Shown: positions 9,518 through 19,989 of the stretch, in pieces
How the letters are laid out: the number at the start of each line of letters is the position of its first letter
Position numbering within the stretch: position 1 is the first letter of the stretch
Source: an uncultured Christensenellaceae bacterium
Lineage (GTDB): Bacteria > Bacillota > Clostridia > Christensenellales > UBA3700
Assembly (NCBI GenBank): GCA_944381325.1
Contig: CALWKS010000002.1
Location: forward strand, 188,949-252,948
Length of the DNA stretch: 64,000 nucleotides
Reading direction: 5' to 3'
Notes under the pieces: model-generated
What the model was told of the DNA's origin: nothing
Databases searched by the model: none
The model's input: only the letters and a program-made list of their open reading frames with translations
Position numbers and translations under genes: made by a program

Positions 9518-10831
9518 TCAAAGCACAGCATAACACGTCAGATATCCGAATCCTGCAAGTATCAGCAAAAATCCGAAGTTGAGCCCGAGGAACATAAGTA
9601 TGTATTTCTTGGTATCTTCCGGCATGAGTTTTCTGTACGTGTTAAGAGTAATAAGGCTGGCAAGCGACGCTATAGGAGTGCCCAGGCCTCCCAGATTTAC
9701 AGCAATGAGCAGACGCGCGTAATCTGTCGTAAAGCGCGACAAAAGCACCGCGCTGGGTACGTTGCTTATCACCTGACACGAGAGTATGCCGAAAGCAAGC
9801 GGATCTATATCCATAAGATTGCTCAGAAACTGCTGAACAGGCTCTATCCTCGCCATATTGCCCGAGAATACGAAGAACGCGCAGAACGTGAGCAAAAGAC
9901 CGTAATCCACCTTGAGCACAAATCTGAAGTCAAGAACAAGCAAAGCAACCGTTACAGCGAGCAATCCCCAGTAATACGGGAATATGCGGAAGACTATAAG
10001 CACGGATACGATGAAGAGAATGCTGTAGACCGCTACCCTCCACGCTTTGGGCGCAGGGCGTTTTTTTGTGCCGACTTCAACCTTTTCAGGCTTTACGAAA
10101 AAGCACGTGCCGAGAATGAGCAGAAAAGCCGCGGCAAAAGGCAGAGCCATGATTTTGAAAAACTCAGCCGCGCCAATATTGAAAAACGAATACAGATAAA
10201 GGTTTTGCGGATTGCCGAAAGGCGTAAGCATACCGCCGAGGTTGGCGGCTATGTTCTGCATTATGAACGTAAACGCCATATAGCGCTTGCCGTTGCACGA
10301 CTCAAGCACAAAATAACCCAGCGGCAGGAAGGTAACGAGCGCCATATCGTTGGCCATGATCATAGAGCCGAAATAGGTAACGAAGACCAGCGATATCACG
10401 ACCGTTCTTATGCTCTTGAATCTTCTTACGATTATATCCGCAAGCCATACGAAAAAGCGGATATTCTTGAAAGCCGCAACGACCGCCAGAGTGCAGAAAA
10501 GACAGCTCAATGTGCGCCAATCGAAATAATCGGCATACTGCGCGTCGAAAGGCACGAAGAAACACGTTACCGCCGCGGCGATGATCGCTATTATGAGTAC
10601 GGTGTTGGCTTTTAAAAAGTTCTTGACGTCCTGCTTGCGGAAAATTTTGCGTATACGCATTCTTTCGGCGTGAGCTTCATAACCTTTGAGCGGTTCTTCG
10701 AGATCCGCGCCGGAAGCTACGTCAGACGGCAAAGCGTCTCCTTTCTTTTCAGCAACTTCAGACTGAGAAATATTTTCTTGCCCGTGTTGATTATCGGCAA
10801 TAATATTGTCTTTTTGATTCTCCTCTTTCAT
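9518..10831 (-). CDS. SLC13/CitMHS/ArsB-NhaD (IT superfamily) anion permease
   Basis: MIMANDMALVTFLP, AANLGGMLTPFGNPQN, SQVISNVPSAVL and VNLGGLGTPIASLASLI motifs; multi-TM. Confidence 0.88.
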   Translation of the reverse strand: MKEENQKDNIIADNQHGQENISQSEVAEKKGDALPSDVASGADLEEPLKGYEAHAERMRIRKIFRKQDVKNFLKANTVLIIAIIAAAVTCFFVPFDAQYADYFDWRTLSCLFCTLAVVAAFKNIRFFVWLADIIVRRFKSIRTVVISLVFVTYFGSMIMANDMALVTFLPLGYFVLESCNGKRYMAFTFIMQNIAANLGGMLTPFGNPQNLYLYSFFNIGAAEFFKIMALPFAAAFLLILGTCFFVKPEKVEVGTKKRPAPKAWRVAVYSILFIVSVLIVFRIFPYYWGLLAVTVALLVLDFRFVLKVDYGLLLTFCAFFVFSGNMARIEPVQQFLSNLMDIDPLAFGILSCQVISNVPSAVLLSRFTTDYARLLIAVNLGGLGTPIASLASLITLNTYRKLMPEDTKKYILMFLGLNFGFLLILAGFGYLTCYAVL

Positions 10832-10869
10832 ACCCCGATGTCTTTCTTTACCCTTTCTTTTCCGTCAAA

Positions 10870-10898
10870 AGTATATACCTTTACGCGCGCGCGGTCAA
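10870..10898 (-). promoter_or_regulatory. Sigma-A promoter with a (GC)n spacer
   Basis: TTGACC-gcgcgcgcgtaaaggta-TATACT (17-nt spacer). Confidence 0.7.
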
Positions 10899-10983
10899 AC
10901 GTTTTACTCAATAATAATTATGCTTTACAAAAGAAAAACGCCGCTCTTTGCGGCGCTTGAATTCTGCAAGCTGATATGTAATA

Positions 10984-11514
10984 TTATCTCGACTTCTGCA
11001 TTTCTTCGATTGTGGCTTCTCTCACGAAACCGCAGTAAGGACACATGACCTTGCCGTCCTCGTAAACCATGATCGCATTGCATGAAGGGCACTTGCCGAC
11101 AAACACTCTTTCTTTGACGCGTTCTTTCTTGACGGCGTATTCGAGTTTCTCTCCGTCAAACACATACCCAGTCAGATATCTCTTCTCTATCAGCTTTCTT
11201 ATATCTGCGGCGATTTTCTTTTCAGGCTTGCCGAACTGAGCCGCAAGACCCGCAACCGTTACGCTTCCTTCGCACTCGATAGCGCTTACCAATGACGCGC
11301 GGAACTTTTCTTCCCCGTACATTACCCATGCTATCGGACAACCGTAGAATCCCAGTACCGTAAACGCTATACCTATGCCCATAAGCACATACATCTTGTC
11401 CGTTGCACCGAATATTATCATCGGGACGCCTGCAACCAACATGAGCGACAGTATCGCCGCCGTCCAGAATGCCTTTCTTACGCCTTTGCCTGCTTTTTTT
11501 TCGTTTTTATTCAT
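10984..11514 (-). CDS. Two-TM membrane protein with PCI/wHTH-like domain and C-terminal zinc ribbon
   Basis: Two hydrophobic helices, TVAGLAAQFG..KKIAADIRKLIEKRYL.G, CPSC..CPYC. Confidence 0.75.
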   Translation of the reverse strand: MNKNEKKAGKGVRKAFWTAAILSLMLVAGVPMIIFGATDKMYVLMGIGIAFTVLGFYGCPIAWVMYGEEKFRASLVSAIECEGSVTVAGLAAQFGKPEKKIAADIRKLIEKRYLTGYVFDGEKLEYAVKKERVKERVFVGKCPSCNAIMVYEDGKVMCPYCGFVREATIEEMQKSR

Positions 11515-11527
11515 ATTATCTTTGCGG

Positions 11528-12052
11528 CTATGAAATATAAACCGCTATCTCCTCCATTGATTTTCTGCGACGCGGCGGCTGATCGCATGCAGGATATCCG
11601 AGAGAAATTATGAGTTTTGTATGCTCTCCTGCCGCGGTATTCAGTATTTTATCCACACTCTTTGTCTTTACCCAACCTATAATGCACGTTCCGAGCCCGA
11701 GTTCTGCCGCCTTCAGACAAAAACTCTGCACGGCTATCCCGAGGTCTATAGAAGAAAAGTCCTGATGTTTTATCTTGTCCGCAAGTTTATCTGCAATTTT
11801 CGGCTTTACGGTAACCGCGATCAGCACAGGCGCTTCGTCAGTAAACCCGTTTGCACCGAAAAGCTGAGTCTCTTTGGCAATAGCCGCTTTTATATCTCCT
11901 CTGGTAACGTAAAATTTCCAGGGCTGTTTGTTGAGTGCAGACGGTGCAAGTCTTGCGCATTCGAGGCACTGCTCGATAAGCCCGTTGCCTACGTCTTCAC
12001 AGGTGTATTTTCTGCAACTGAATCTGCTTTCGCACGCTTTGGTTACGTCCAT
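11528..12052 (-). CDS. Nitroreductase family protein
   Basis: RFSCRKY, ARLAPSALNKQPWKF and DLGIAVQSFCLKAAELGLGTCIIG motifs. Confidence 0.93.
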   Translation of the reverse strand: MDVTKACESRFSCRKYTCEDVGNGLIEQCLECARLAPSALNKQPWKFYVTRGDIKAAIAKETQLFGANGFTDEAPVLIAVTVKPKIADKLADKIKHQDFSSIDLGIAVQSFCLKAAELGLGTCIIGWVKTKSVDKILNTAAGEHTKLIISLGYPACDQPPRRRKSMEEIAVYIS

Positions 12053-12079
12053 AATACTCTCCCGAACTTATATACGTTA

Positions 12080-12109
12080 ATTATAGACCGCACGCGCAAT
12101 TTTTGTCAA
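12080..12109 (-). promoter_or_regulatory. Sigma-A promoter for the nitroreductase operon
   Basis: TTGACA-18-TATAAT; the spacer contains GCGCGTGC. Confidence 0.7.
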
Positions 12110-12425
12110 TACGGCTTTTCTCTTATCTTCTTAAAGCATGTATATTTTTTTATGTTGCCGAGATACGGTTTTTACCACGTTCATAAACTTAAAATAAGTA
12201 GCAAACCGCTACTCAAAGTACATAATAAGACATCTGACGTCTTTTTGTAGTTTATAAAAATTTTAAGCCGAAAAATACATAAAAATAGCTATAAAAATAT
12301 GTATATTGCCTGAATTACCCATATTTTTTAAAGCTTTCTCATTTTTCAGCGCTAAAAATACACAGTGATTTTATTTGACAGCACCGCACTCTGATGCTAT
12401 ATTTATATACATATCGGTTTAAATT

Positions 12426-13802
12426 ATGTATAAAACGGCTTTGAAACCAAAATTTAAGAGCTTATTTTATTCTGACCTCACCATGATGGCTCAGGTCGTG
12501 GTCGCGGCGTTGGCTTTTTGCTTCAACTGCGTACCTCTTTCTATAATTTTCTTTACTTTGTATCTTTCTGCTCTTTTGGTATTAAGCGACGATATAACTC
12601 CTGCCATTTTGCCGATAAGTCTGCTTTCGATGTCGCTTACCCGTCAGTACGGAAGCAAACCTGAGGATTACCTTATCTATATTCCTTGCGTAGTAGTGTT
12701 GATTATCTGCACAATACTTCATTTCGTATTCTATCCGCCCGTATTCAAACGCGGAAAAATGTTATTTCCGTCTGTTGCCGTGGCGATAGCGCTGATGACG
12801 GGCGGTTTGTTTTCAATAAGCGCAAAAGATTACTTTGCACCAGTAACTATGTATTATACTCTTACCCTCGGCATAGGCGTTGTTATCGCGTGTATTGTCA
12901 TATATTCCTACACGCGGCCGTCTGTACCTCTTGCATACGCTCTCTCATCTCAGATGAGTTATTTCACTCTTGGTGCAGCGCTTATGCTGCTGAGTCAGAT
13001 ACTGCCCTACGTATGCAAAGGGCAATACGACTGGTTCTTCACCTGGAAAAACACTCTTACGACATTCCTTCTTCTCTCTTCACCCTTTCCTTTCTATATC
13101 GCGGCAAAAGAAGACTTCGGGCTTAAAGCGTGGGCTAATTTTACTCTGGGATGCATAGGATACGGCTCTGCAATCCTTTCGTTCTCGAGAGGAGGAATGC
13201 TGTTCGGCGGCATAGCGCTTTGTGTAAGCGTAATTGTTTGCTGTATACTCAGCGAAAAACGCAACAGGATCGTATTCATAATATTCTCGGCAGTATGCGC
13301 GATCGCCGCTGTAGCGTTCGCCTTTGCAAGCGGTCTTATAGAAACCGTGCTTTCAGAAATGCAGGTTTCTTCCTCAGAAGCTCGCGTCAAACTGTGGAAA
13401 GAAGCGTGGCAGAACTTTCTTAAAAACCCGATATTCGGTGCGGGAGTCGGTTTCAGAGGAGAATATTTCAACCCTCAGACGGGGAACATGTACTGGTATC
13501 ACAGCACTCCTTTCCAGATCATAGGCACGGCAGGACTGATAGGCGTTGCCGCATATGCATACAGCTATATAGTAAAACTTAAAATCGTATTCAGCACAAA
13601 AAGACTTTTCTACGTATTTTTCGCCATCGCGTTTTTCGGCTTCGAAGCGTATCAGCTTGTTGACGCCGGAAACTTTGTGCCGATACCCTTCGTAATGGTG
13701 GTAACACATTTATTCATTATTGCAGAAGCTTGTCCATACTGCTCTCCCGACGCAGGCGACCGACTTCTGTCCTCAAAGGAGAAGAAAATTGACAAAGCGT
13801 AA
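12426..13802 (+). CDS. O-antigen ligase/polymerase (Wzy_C) family membrane protein
   Basis: SFSRGG, R..LWKEAW..FLKNPIFGAGVG, YHSTPFQIIG..GLIG motifs; about 12 TM. Confidence 0.85.
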   Translation: MYKTALKPKFKSLFYSDLTMMAQVVVAALAFCFNCVPLSIIFFTLYLSALLVLSDDITPAILPISLLSMSLTRQYGSKPEDYLIYIPCVVVLIICTILHFVFYPPVFKRGKMLFPSVAVAIALMTGGLFSISAKDYFAPVTMYYTLTLGIGVVIACIVIYSYTRPSVPLAYALSSQMSYFTLGAALMLLSQILPYVCKGQYDWFFTWKNTLTTFLLLSSPFPFYIAAKEDFGLKAWANFTLGCIGYGSAILSFSRGGMLFGGIALCVSVIVCCILSEKRNRIVFIIFSAVCAIAAVAFAFASGLIETVLSEMQVSSSEARVKLWKEAWQNFLKNPIFGAGVGFRGEYFNPQTGNMYWYHSTPFQIIGTAGLIGVAAYAYSYIVKLKIVFSTKRLFYVFFAIAFFGFEAYQLVDAGNFVPIPFVMVVTHLFIIAEACPYCSPDAGDRLLSSKEKKIDKA

Positions 13803-14646
13803 ATACGTACATCTGAAGCAACTTGCCCCCGCTCAGCGCAAACAGGTTTATTTCCTCGTCGCGCTTTACGGAGCAATGAGCCTGCTCTCAATAATAATGC
13901 TGATATATTACAATGCGATAGGCGACCCCTACAAACGTACGGCAAACTGCGTAAACACGGCGGTTGCGGTATGGTTTCCTTTTATAGCAGAAAGACTGCT
14001 GAAGCACAGATTTTCATTCTTTCAGCATCTCGTTTACGCTTTTATAATGCTGTCGTCCTGCGTGATAGGCTCAGTATTTTACGTGTTCGAACTGTGGGGT
14101 CCTTACGATAAACTCGCTCACGGCACAAGCGGATATCTTCTTATGATTTTCATAATGGGAATTTACGCCTACTTTATCAAGGACTTCGACAAAATAAGCG
14201 CGCCCGTGTCGATTGTAATGATGTTTGCATTCAGTCTCGGCACTGCCTGCGCATGGGAAGTGATCGAATTTCTCTTCGACTGGCTGCTGGGTCAGAACGG
14301 TCAGGGGTACGTATCCGAAGAGGTATTGCAGAAGATAGCCGAACAAGGCTATACAGGCATAAGAGCCAACTGGGAAAAGCTGAAATACGTCGGAGTGCTC
14401 GATACTGATACGGATATGGCTTGCCACACCCTGGGATCTTTGATATTCTCTCTGCATTTTCTTCTTCACCGTCTGACCAAAAGAAACCTTCTTATGGGCA
14501 CTCTGATAAAGGATGCAGGCGCTGTTGAAATGAATTCCCCTTTTCAGGCTGAAGAAAATAAGTCCGACCTTGACAACAACGCAGATAACGTCTCTAATGA
14601 CAATCTTTCTGATACGACCGAAAACACGGCTGAACAAGACTTGTAA
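13789..14646 (+). CDS. Conserved membrane protein (DUF2238-like)
   Basis: YDKLAHG.SG, AWEVIEF..D and DTDTDM motifs. Likely TTG start at 13789 after AAAGGAG, overlapping the upstream stop. Confidence 0.75.
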   Translation: MTKRKYVHLKQLAPAQRKQVYFLVALYGAMSLLSIIMLIYYNAIGDPYKRTANCVNTAVAVWFPFIAERLLKHRFSFFQHLVYAFIMLSSCVIGSVFYVFELWGPYDKLAHGTSGYLLMIFIMGIYAYFIKDFDKISAPVSIVMMFAFSLGTACAWEVIEFLFDWLLGQNGQGYVSEEVLQKIAEQGYTGIRANWEKLKYVGVLDTDTDMACHTLGSLIFSLHFLLHRLTKRNLLMGTLIKDAGAVEMNSPFQAEENKSDLDNNADNVSNDNLSDTTENTAEQDL

Positions 14647-14687
14647 AACCTACGCGGTTTTGCACTGCGCCAAATAGTATGGATTAC

Positions 14688-14720
14688 AAAAGCGAAAGCG
14701 TACTTTCGCTTTTATTTTTT
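14688..14720 (+). terminator. Intrinsic terminator
   Basis: AAAAGCGAAAG/CTTTCGCTTTT stem plus T run. Confidence 0.75.
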
Positions 14721-14789
14721 CGTAGATATTGAAAAATGCTATATTTCACTGTATAATAATCAGTAATGAGTTTTAAAGGAGATGTAATT

Positions 14790-15350
14790 ATGAACTTCAG
14801 ACAAAGACTTCACGACTTGCCGAAAAACCTCTTTGCAGACAACGGCGGTATTTTTTTGAAAGAAATCACCTCTGAAGACGACCTTGCGATCGCGATCTTC
14901 GATCTTTCGCTGTCTCCCGAACAACAGGCTATGGTAAACCCTGCAAGTTTCTCTATAGGAAGAGCTTATCTCTTCCCCGAAAACAATGTGCCATATCTGA
15001 TTTACGCTACCGAAGGCGGACGAAAAATACCCGTAGGCTTCATATTGTTGCGCTTTAACTGCTCTGACGACGAGATCTCTTCAGACTGCTTATCCGCAAA
15101 TACTCCGTCAACGACCTGGAGCTACTTTATATCCGAAGAATATCAGGGGAACGGTTACGGCGTCAAAGCTGCTCGACTTGCCTTAAATCTGCTTTCAGAA
15201 GCTGCTAGCGAATATCCCGTAAAATTGTCGACAGAACAGGAAAACAAAAAAGCTCAGAAACTCTATACAAAACTCGGTTTCAAGCAGTCGGAAGAAAAAG
15301 ACGGCGACGATCTGATATTCATATATACACCGACAAAGCCTAAAAAATAA
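14790..15350 (+). CDS. GNAT family N-acetyltransferase
   Basis: YFISEEYQGNGYG acetyl-CoA motif and N..AQKLY.KLGF; ATG 14790 after AAAGGAG. Confidence 0.9.
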   Translation: MNFRQRLHDLPKNLFADNGGIFLKEITSEDDLAIAIFDLSLSPEQQAMVNPASFSIGRAYLFPENNVPYLIYATEGGRKIPVGFILLRFNCSDDEISSDCLSANTPSTTWSYFISEEYQGNGYGVKAARLALNLLSEAASEYPVKLSTEQENKKAQKLYTKLGFKQSEEKDGDDLIFIYTPTKPKK

Positions 15351-15508
15351 TCTCTTCATTAAGAACACGGTTTCGCTTTATATCGCCGCTTTTTCAAAAG
15401 ATTTGTAAAATCGTTGATTGTATCCGTTTTTTACATAATTTTATCTGCATTCTGCAAGAATCAGGCTGACAATCATTGAAATTTAGCGCTTTTCAACGTT
15501 AAAATATG

Positions 15509-15537
15509 TTGACAATTACAGAAAACGATGGTAAATT
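15509..15537 (+). promoter_or_regulatory. Strong sigma-A promoter with no downstream CDS
   Basis: TTGACA-17-TAAATT with an extended -10 TG. Confidence 0.75.
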
Positions 15538-15543
15538 TATATA

Positions 15544-15740
15544 CGTAACGGTCATAGTTATGTACAAAACGTATATATTTCAATCTTTTCTGAGTTTATA
15601 AGCAAAAAAACTTCAGACAAAGGATTGAAAACAAAGCGGGAAAACCGCGACTGACCGATAAAAAAGCTCTCTCTTCGGCGTAAAAGCCGAATCCCACACA
15701 AGACCTCTCCCCCACATCTCTCGGAGAGGTCTTATTTTAT
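15544..15740 (+). ncRNA. Putative standalone structured RNA (6S-like fold or C-rich sRNA)
   Basis: Own promoter; CGGTCA/TGACCG closing stem; long internal hairpin 15578-15630; small hairpins; terminator AAGACCTCTCC/GGAGAGGTCTT plus T-rich tail; lies between convergent genes. Confidence 0.6.
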
Positions 15741-15842
15741 TTCCTCCGATAAGACAACGATCAAACAATGACAGAAAACGAAAAGAAACGGCGGCATAAT
15801 CTGCCGCCGTCGTTTTTGCCTGTATAAGGCATTTTCATTTGC

Positions 15843-17765
15843 TTATTCAAGTTCGAACGCACCCGTATAAAGCTGATAATATACGCCCTTCTGTGCGATA
15901 AGCTGATCGTGAGAGCCGCGCTCTATTATCCTGCCGTGATCGAGAACCATAATCGCGTCAGAGTTCTGGATCGTGGACAGTCTGTGAGCGATAACGAATA
16001 CCGTTCTGCCCTCCATAAGGTGATCCATACCCTGCTGAACAAGAGCTTCGGTACGCGTATCGATAGAAGACGTCGCCTCGTCAAGTATAAGCACGGGAGC
16101 GTTGGCTACCGCAGCACGCGCTATCGAAAGCAACTGTTTCTGTCCCTGAGAGAGGTTCGCTCCGTCGCCCGTCAGCATCGTATTGTAACCTTCAGGCAGA
16201 CGCGTGATGAAGTCGTGCGCGTTGGCAAGTTTAGCTGCCGCAACGCATTCGTCGTCAGACGCGTCCAGCTTGCCGTAACGGATGTTGTCCATGATCGTGC
16301 CCGTAAACAGGTTGGTATCCTGAAGAACCATACCAAGAGAACGGCGCAGGTCTGCCTTCTTTATCTTGTTGATGTTTATACCGTCATATCTTATCTTGCC
16401 GTCCGCGATGTCGTAGAAGCGATTGATAAGGTTGGTGATAGTCGTCTTGCCAGCGCCTGTTGCGCCTACGAACGCTATCTTCTGACCGGGCTTTGCATAA
16501 AGAGACACGTCGTGCAGAACTATCTTTTCAGGTACGTATCCGAAGTCAACGTCAAACAGCTGAATATCGCCTTTGAGCTCCTGATAAGTTACTGAGCCGT
16601 CTGCCTTGTGAGGATGTCTCCAAGCCCACTTACCCGTACGGGTAGCGCTTTCACGGATATTTCCCTTTTCGTCGATTTCAGCGTTTACAAGGGTTACGTA
16701 ACCGTCATCGGTTTCAGGCTGCTGATCGAGAAGCTCGAAGATACGTTTTGCGCCAGCAGTACCCATAACTACCGAGTTGACCTGCATTGACAGCTGACCT
16801 ATGTTGATGGTGAACTGACGGCTCATATTGAGGAATGCGACGATCGCACCCATCTTGATTGCCTCAGCTTCTAAGCCCTGGAATGACAGGTTGTGAACTT
16901 CTGCGAGAACGAGCAGACCGCCTACGATAGCCACAAGCACGTAAAGCACATGACCTATGTTGTTTATCGTGGGCATAAGCACGTTTGCAAATTTGTTCGC
17001 GCTTTCGCTGTCTTTGAAGAGCTGTTCGTTTATCTTGTCAAAATCTCTCTTTGACTGCTCTTCGTGACAGAACACCTTGACTACCTTCTGACCGTTCATC
17101 ATCTCTTCGACAAAGCCTTCGGTCTTACCCATAGAACGCTGCTGACGTACGAAGTATTTTGCACTCTTTCCGCCTACGGCTTTGGTTACGAAAAGCATTG
17201 CCACGCATCCGAGAATGACGACGAGGAACAGCCATATGCTTGAATTCATCATGCTGAATACCAGCGTTATGAGCGCGACAGCCGAATAGAACATCTGCGC
17301 CATACTCTGAGAAACGAGCTGTCTCAGAGCGTCGATATCGTTGGTATAAGTACTCATTATGTCGCCGTGCGTATTCGTATCGAAATAACGTATAGGAAGC
17401 GACTGCATTCTGTTGAACATCTCAAGTCGCATATGCTTGAGGAAGCCCTGGGTTACGTATGCCATGATGCGGTTGTATGTGAACGAACAGATAACGCCCA
17501 GAGCAAATACGCCCGCCATGATCAGACCTATGTTGAGCATAGTTCCTTTGACTGCGTCCCAACCGAGTTCGAGACCGGGAGTTACGACTTCGTCAATGAT
17601 CACTTCAAGGAAAATCGAAGAGCTGATAGCCGCAACAGCGTTTATAGCTATACATATTGCAACGACCGCGAGTTCCCATTTGTAAAATCTGAACATATAC
17701 TTGAGAAGTCTGCCGAGAATAGCCATCGTTCCGCCTTTCTTTTCTGTCTTATTCACGGTCCTCAC
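15843..17765 (-). CDS. ABC exporter ATP-binding/permease subunit (heterodimeric multidrug type)
   Basis: TMD plus GATGAGKT, LSQGQKQ and ILDEATS. Confidence 0.95.
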   Translation of the reverse strand: MRTVNKTEKKGGTMAILGRLLKYMFRFYKWELAVVAICIAINAVAAISSSIFLEVIIDEVVTPGLELGWDAVKGTMLNIGLIMAGVFALGVICSFTYNRIMAYVTQGFLKHMRLEMFNRMQSLPIRYFDTNTHGDIMSTYTNDIDALRQLVSQSMAQMFYSAVALITLVFSMMNSSIWLFLVVILGCVAMLFVTKAVGGKSAKYFVRQQRSMGKTEGFVEEMMNGQKVVKVFCHEEQSKRDFDKINEQLFKDSESANKFANVLMPTINNIGHVLYVLVAIVGGLLVLAEVHNLSFQGLEAEAIKMGAIVAFLNMSRQFTINIGQLSMQVNSVVMGTAGAKRIFELLDQQPETDDGYVTLVNAEIDEKGNIRESATRTGKWAWRHPHKADGSVTYQELKGDIQLFDVDFGYVPEKIVLHDVSLYAKPGQKIAFVGATGAGKTTITNLINRFYDIADGKIRYDGININKIKKADLRRSLGMVLQDTNLFTGTIMDNIRYGKLDASDDECVAAAKLANAHDFITRLPEGYNTMLTGDGANLSQGQKQLLSIARAAVANAPVLILDEATSSIDTRTEALVQQGMDHLMEGRTVFVIAHRLSTIQNSDAIMVLDHGRIIERGSHDQLIAQKGVYYQLYTGAFELE

Positions 17766-19512
17766 CTCCCTTTACTGCGTCTGCATTGCCGATTTTATTC
17801 TGAGAATAATAGACCTCCTGATATACGGGGTTGCGCGCAAGCAGTTCTTCGTGCGTGCCGACGTCGCTGACCATGCCGTTCTTCATAAGGATTATCTTGT
17901 CTGCATCCATAACGGAAGAAACTCTCTGCGCGATTATAAACTTGGTCGTATCGGGGATCTCTTCCCTGAACGCCTTTCTTATCAGCGCGTCTGTCTTTGT
18001 ATCCACGGCGCTGGTTGAGTCGTCCAGAATGAGTATCTTGGGTTTCTTCAGAAGAGCGCGCGCTATGCACAGTCTCTGTTTCTGACCGCCGGATACGTTG
18101 GTACCGCCCTGCTCTATATACGTGTCGTACTTGTCGGGGAAAGACTGTATAAAGTCGTCCGCCTGAGCGAGTTTGCACGCCTTAACGAGTTCTTCGTCGG
18201 TAGCGTCGGGATTACCCCAACGCAGGTTTTCTTTTATTGTTCCCGAGAAAAGCAGGTTTTTCTGCAGAACAACCGCAACCTGATTTCTCAGCGTCTCGAG
18301 ATCGTAATCCTTTACGTTTACGCCGCCCACGTAGACCGCGCCTTCGCTTACGTCGTAAAGTCTCGGGATAAGGTTTACAAGAGACGTTTTACTGCTTCCC
18401 GTTCCGCCAAGAATACCGACCGTTTCGCCCGACTTGATATCGAGGTTGACCTCTTTGAGAGCACGACGTTCAGCGTTCTCATTGTACTTGAAAGAAACGT
18501 TATCGAATTTTACAGAGCCGTCCTTCACTTCCGTTACGGGGTTCTCAGGGTTGTGAAGCGTGCTTTCTTCAGTAACTACCTCTACGATACGTTCAGCCGA
18601 AGTGCGGGCGATAGAGAACATTACGAGCACCATTGAAAGCATCATAAGGCTGGATAAGATCTGCGCGGTATATACGATAAGGCTTGAAAGTTTACTGCTT
18701 ACGCCCACGTCGCCTTTGGTAATTCCTACCATAGGTCCCATAAAGCAGATAAACAGCGTCGCAGCCCAGAAGCAGAACTGCATAAGGGGATTTGAAAGCG
18801 CTATCAGTTTTTCGCCGCGTACGAAGTCTTTCTTTACGTTTTCAGCAGTAGTTGCGAACTTATTCTTTTCGTAATCCTCTCTGACGTAAGACTTGACTAC
18901 TCTTATACCCTTGATGTTTTCCTGAATGGATTCGTTCATCGCGTCGTATTTTTTGAATACCTTATCGAATATAGGCCAGCTCTTTTTGAAAATAATAAAC
19001 AGACCTATACCCAGCACAGGGATGAGTACGAGGAACATAAGCGATACCGTGGGGTCGATAAAGAATGCCATGACTAGCGAGAAAATAAGCATTATCGGGC
19101 TTCTTACCGCAACTCTTATCAGCATCATATAAGCGTTCTGAACGTTGGTTACGTCAGTCGTCATTCTGGTAACGAGACTGGACGTAGAGAATTTGTCTAT
19201 GTTTGCGAACGAGAAGTCCTGTATCTTATAATACATATCCTCTCTCAGATTGCGCGCAAATCCTGCTGAAGCGGTCGCCGCGAATTTACCCGCAAGCATA
19301 CCGAACAACAATGACAATGCCGCAAATACAAGCAAAATCGCGCCCCACTTGATTATGTTGGAAAGTGAGTTGTCCAACTGAATCTTGTCCAGCATCTCCG
19401 TCATATAGAACGGAAGGATGCATTCAAGCGCGACTTCGAACGTGACGCATACAGGAGACAAAACAGACGTCTTTTTGTACTGCCTGATACTCTTTGCCAA
19501 AGTCTTTAACAT
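17749..19512 (-). CDS. ABC exporter ATP-binding/permease subunit (degenerate-site partner)
   Basis: TMD plus GGTGSSKT, VSGGQKQ and ILDDSTS. Confidence 0.95.
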   Translation of the reverse strand: MLKTLAKSIRQYKKTSVLSPVCVTFEVALECILPFYMTEMLDKIQLDNSLSNIIKWGAILLVFAALSLLFGMLAGKFAATASAGFARNLREDMYYKIQDFSFANIDKFSTSSLVTRMTTDVTNVQNAYMMLIRVAVRSPIMLIFSLVMAFFIDPTVSLMFLVLIPVLGIGLFIIFKKSWPIFDKVFKKYDAMNESIQENIKGIRVVKSYVREDYEKNKFATTAENVKKDFVRGEKLIALSNPLMQFCFWAATLFICFMGPMVGITKGDVGVSSKLSSLIVYTAQILSSLMMLSMVLVMFSIARTSAERIVEVVTEESTLHNPENPVTEVKDGSVKFDNVSFKYNENAERRALKEVNLDIKSGETVGILGGTGSSKTSLVNLIPRLYDVSEGAVYVGGVNVKDYDLETLRNQVAVVLQKNLLFSGTIKENLRWGNPDATDEELVKACKLAQADDFIQSFPDKYDTYIEQGGTNVSGGQKQRLCIARALLKKPKILILDDSTSAVDTKTDALIRKAFREEIPDTTKFIIAQRVSSVMDADKIILMKNGMVSDVGTHEELLARNPVYQEVYYSQNKIGNADAVKGGEDRE

Positions 19513-19522
19513 ATCTGTCTTT

Positions 19523-19972
19523 TCACTCCTTTTGGGCGGTATTTCCGCCCAGATTATATTTGCATCTTTCTATGAAAGAATAAAAAGTGTCTATTTCTTC
19601 TTTTGAAAAACCGCGGATAAGCTGAGACTCAGCCATTTTGATCGCTTCTTCGCTTCTCCTCATGTAGTCGCGCGCAAGCGGCGTGGGGACTATTTTTTTG
19701 AGTCTGCGGTCTTTTTCGCATTCAACTCTCTCTATAAGTCCGCCGCTTTCCATCGTATTGAGAAGCTGCGTCATAGTGGAGCGTCTTACGCGGAACTCGG
19801 TTTCAAGATCTCTCTGAAATATCTCCTGCCCTTCGTGATGAGTAAAATAACCCAACACCCAGCCTTGCATGCCCGTCATCTGTTCATTTGTTTTCATAAA
19901 CTCAGTGGCGTCAATGCATTGTTTCATCATACGCGCGAGCGTCTTTATTTCATATCCCAGATTTCTTCTCAT
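19523..19972 (-). CDS. MarR family transcriptional regulator
   Basis: QRDLE..F.VRRSTMTQLL..ME..GLIER....DRRLKKI winged helix. Confidence 0.93.
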   Translation of the reverse strand: MRRNLGYEIKTLARMMKQCIDATEFMKTNEQMTGMQGWVLGYFTHHEGQEIFQRDLETEFRVRRSTMTQLLNTMESGGLIERVECEKDRRLKKIVPTPLARDYMRRSEEAIKMAESQLIRGFSKEEIDTFYSFIERCKYNLGGNTAQKE

Positions 19973-19989
19973 TTCTTACCGCCGATTTT

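Noticed and set aside
9404-10615. 403-aa plus-strand ORF
   Set aside because: Antisense to the well-supported permease; no motifs or RBS.
15559-15600. 13-codon ORF MYKTYIFQSFLSL in the putative ncRNA
   Set aside because: No Shine-Dalgarno sequence, and it lies within a predicted stem.
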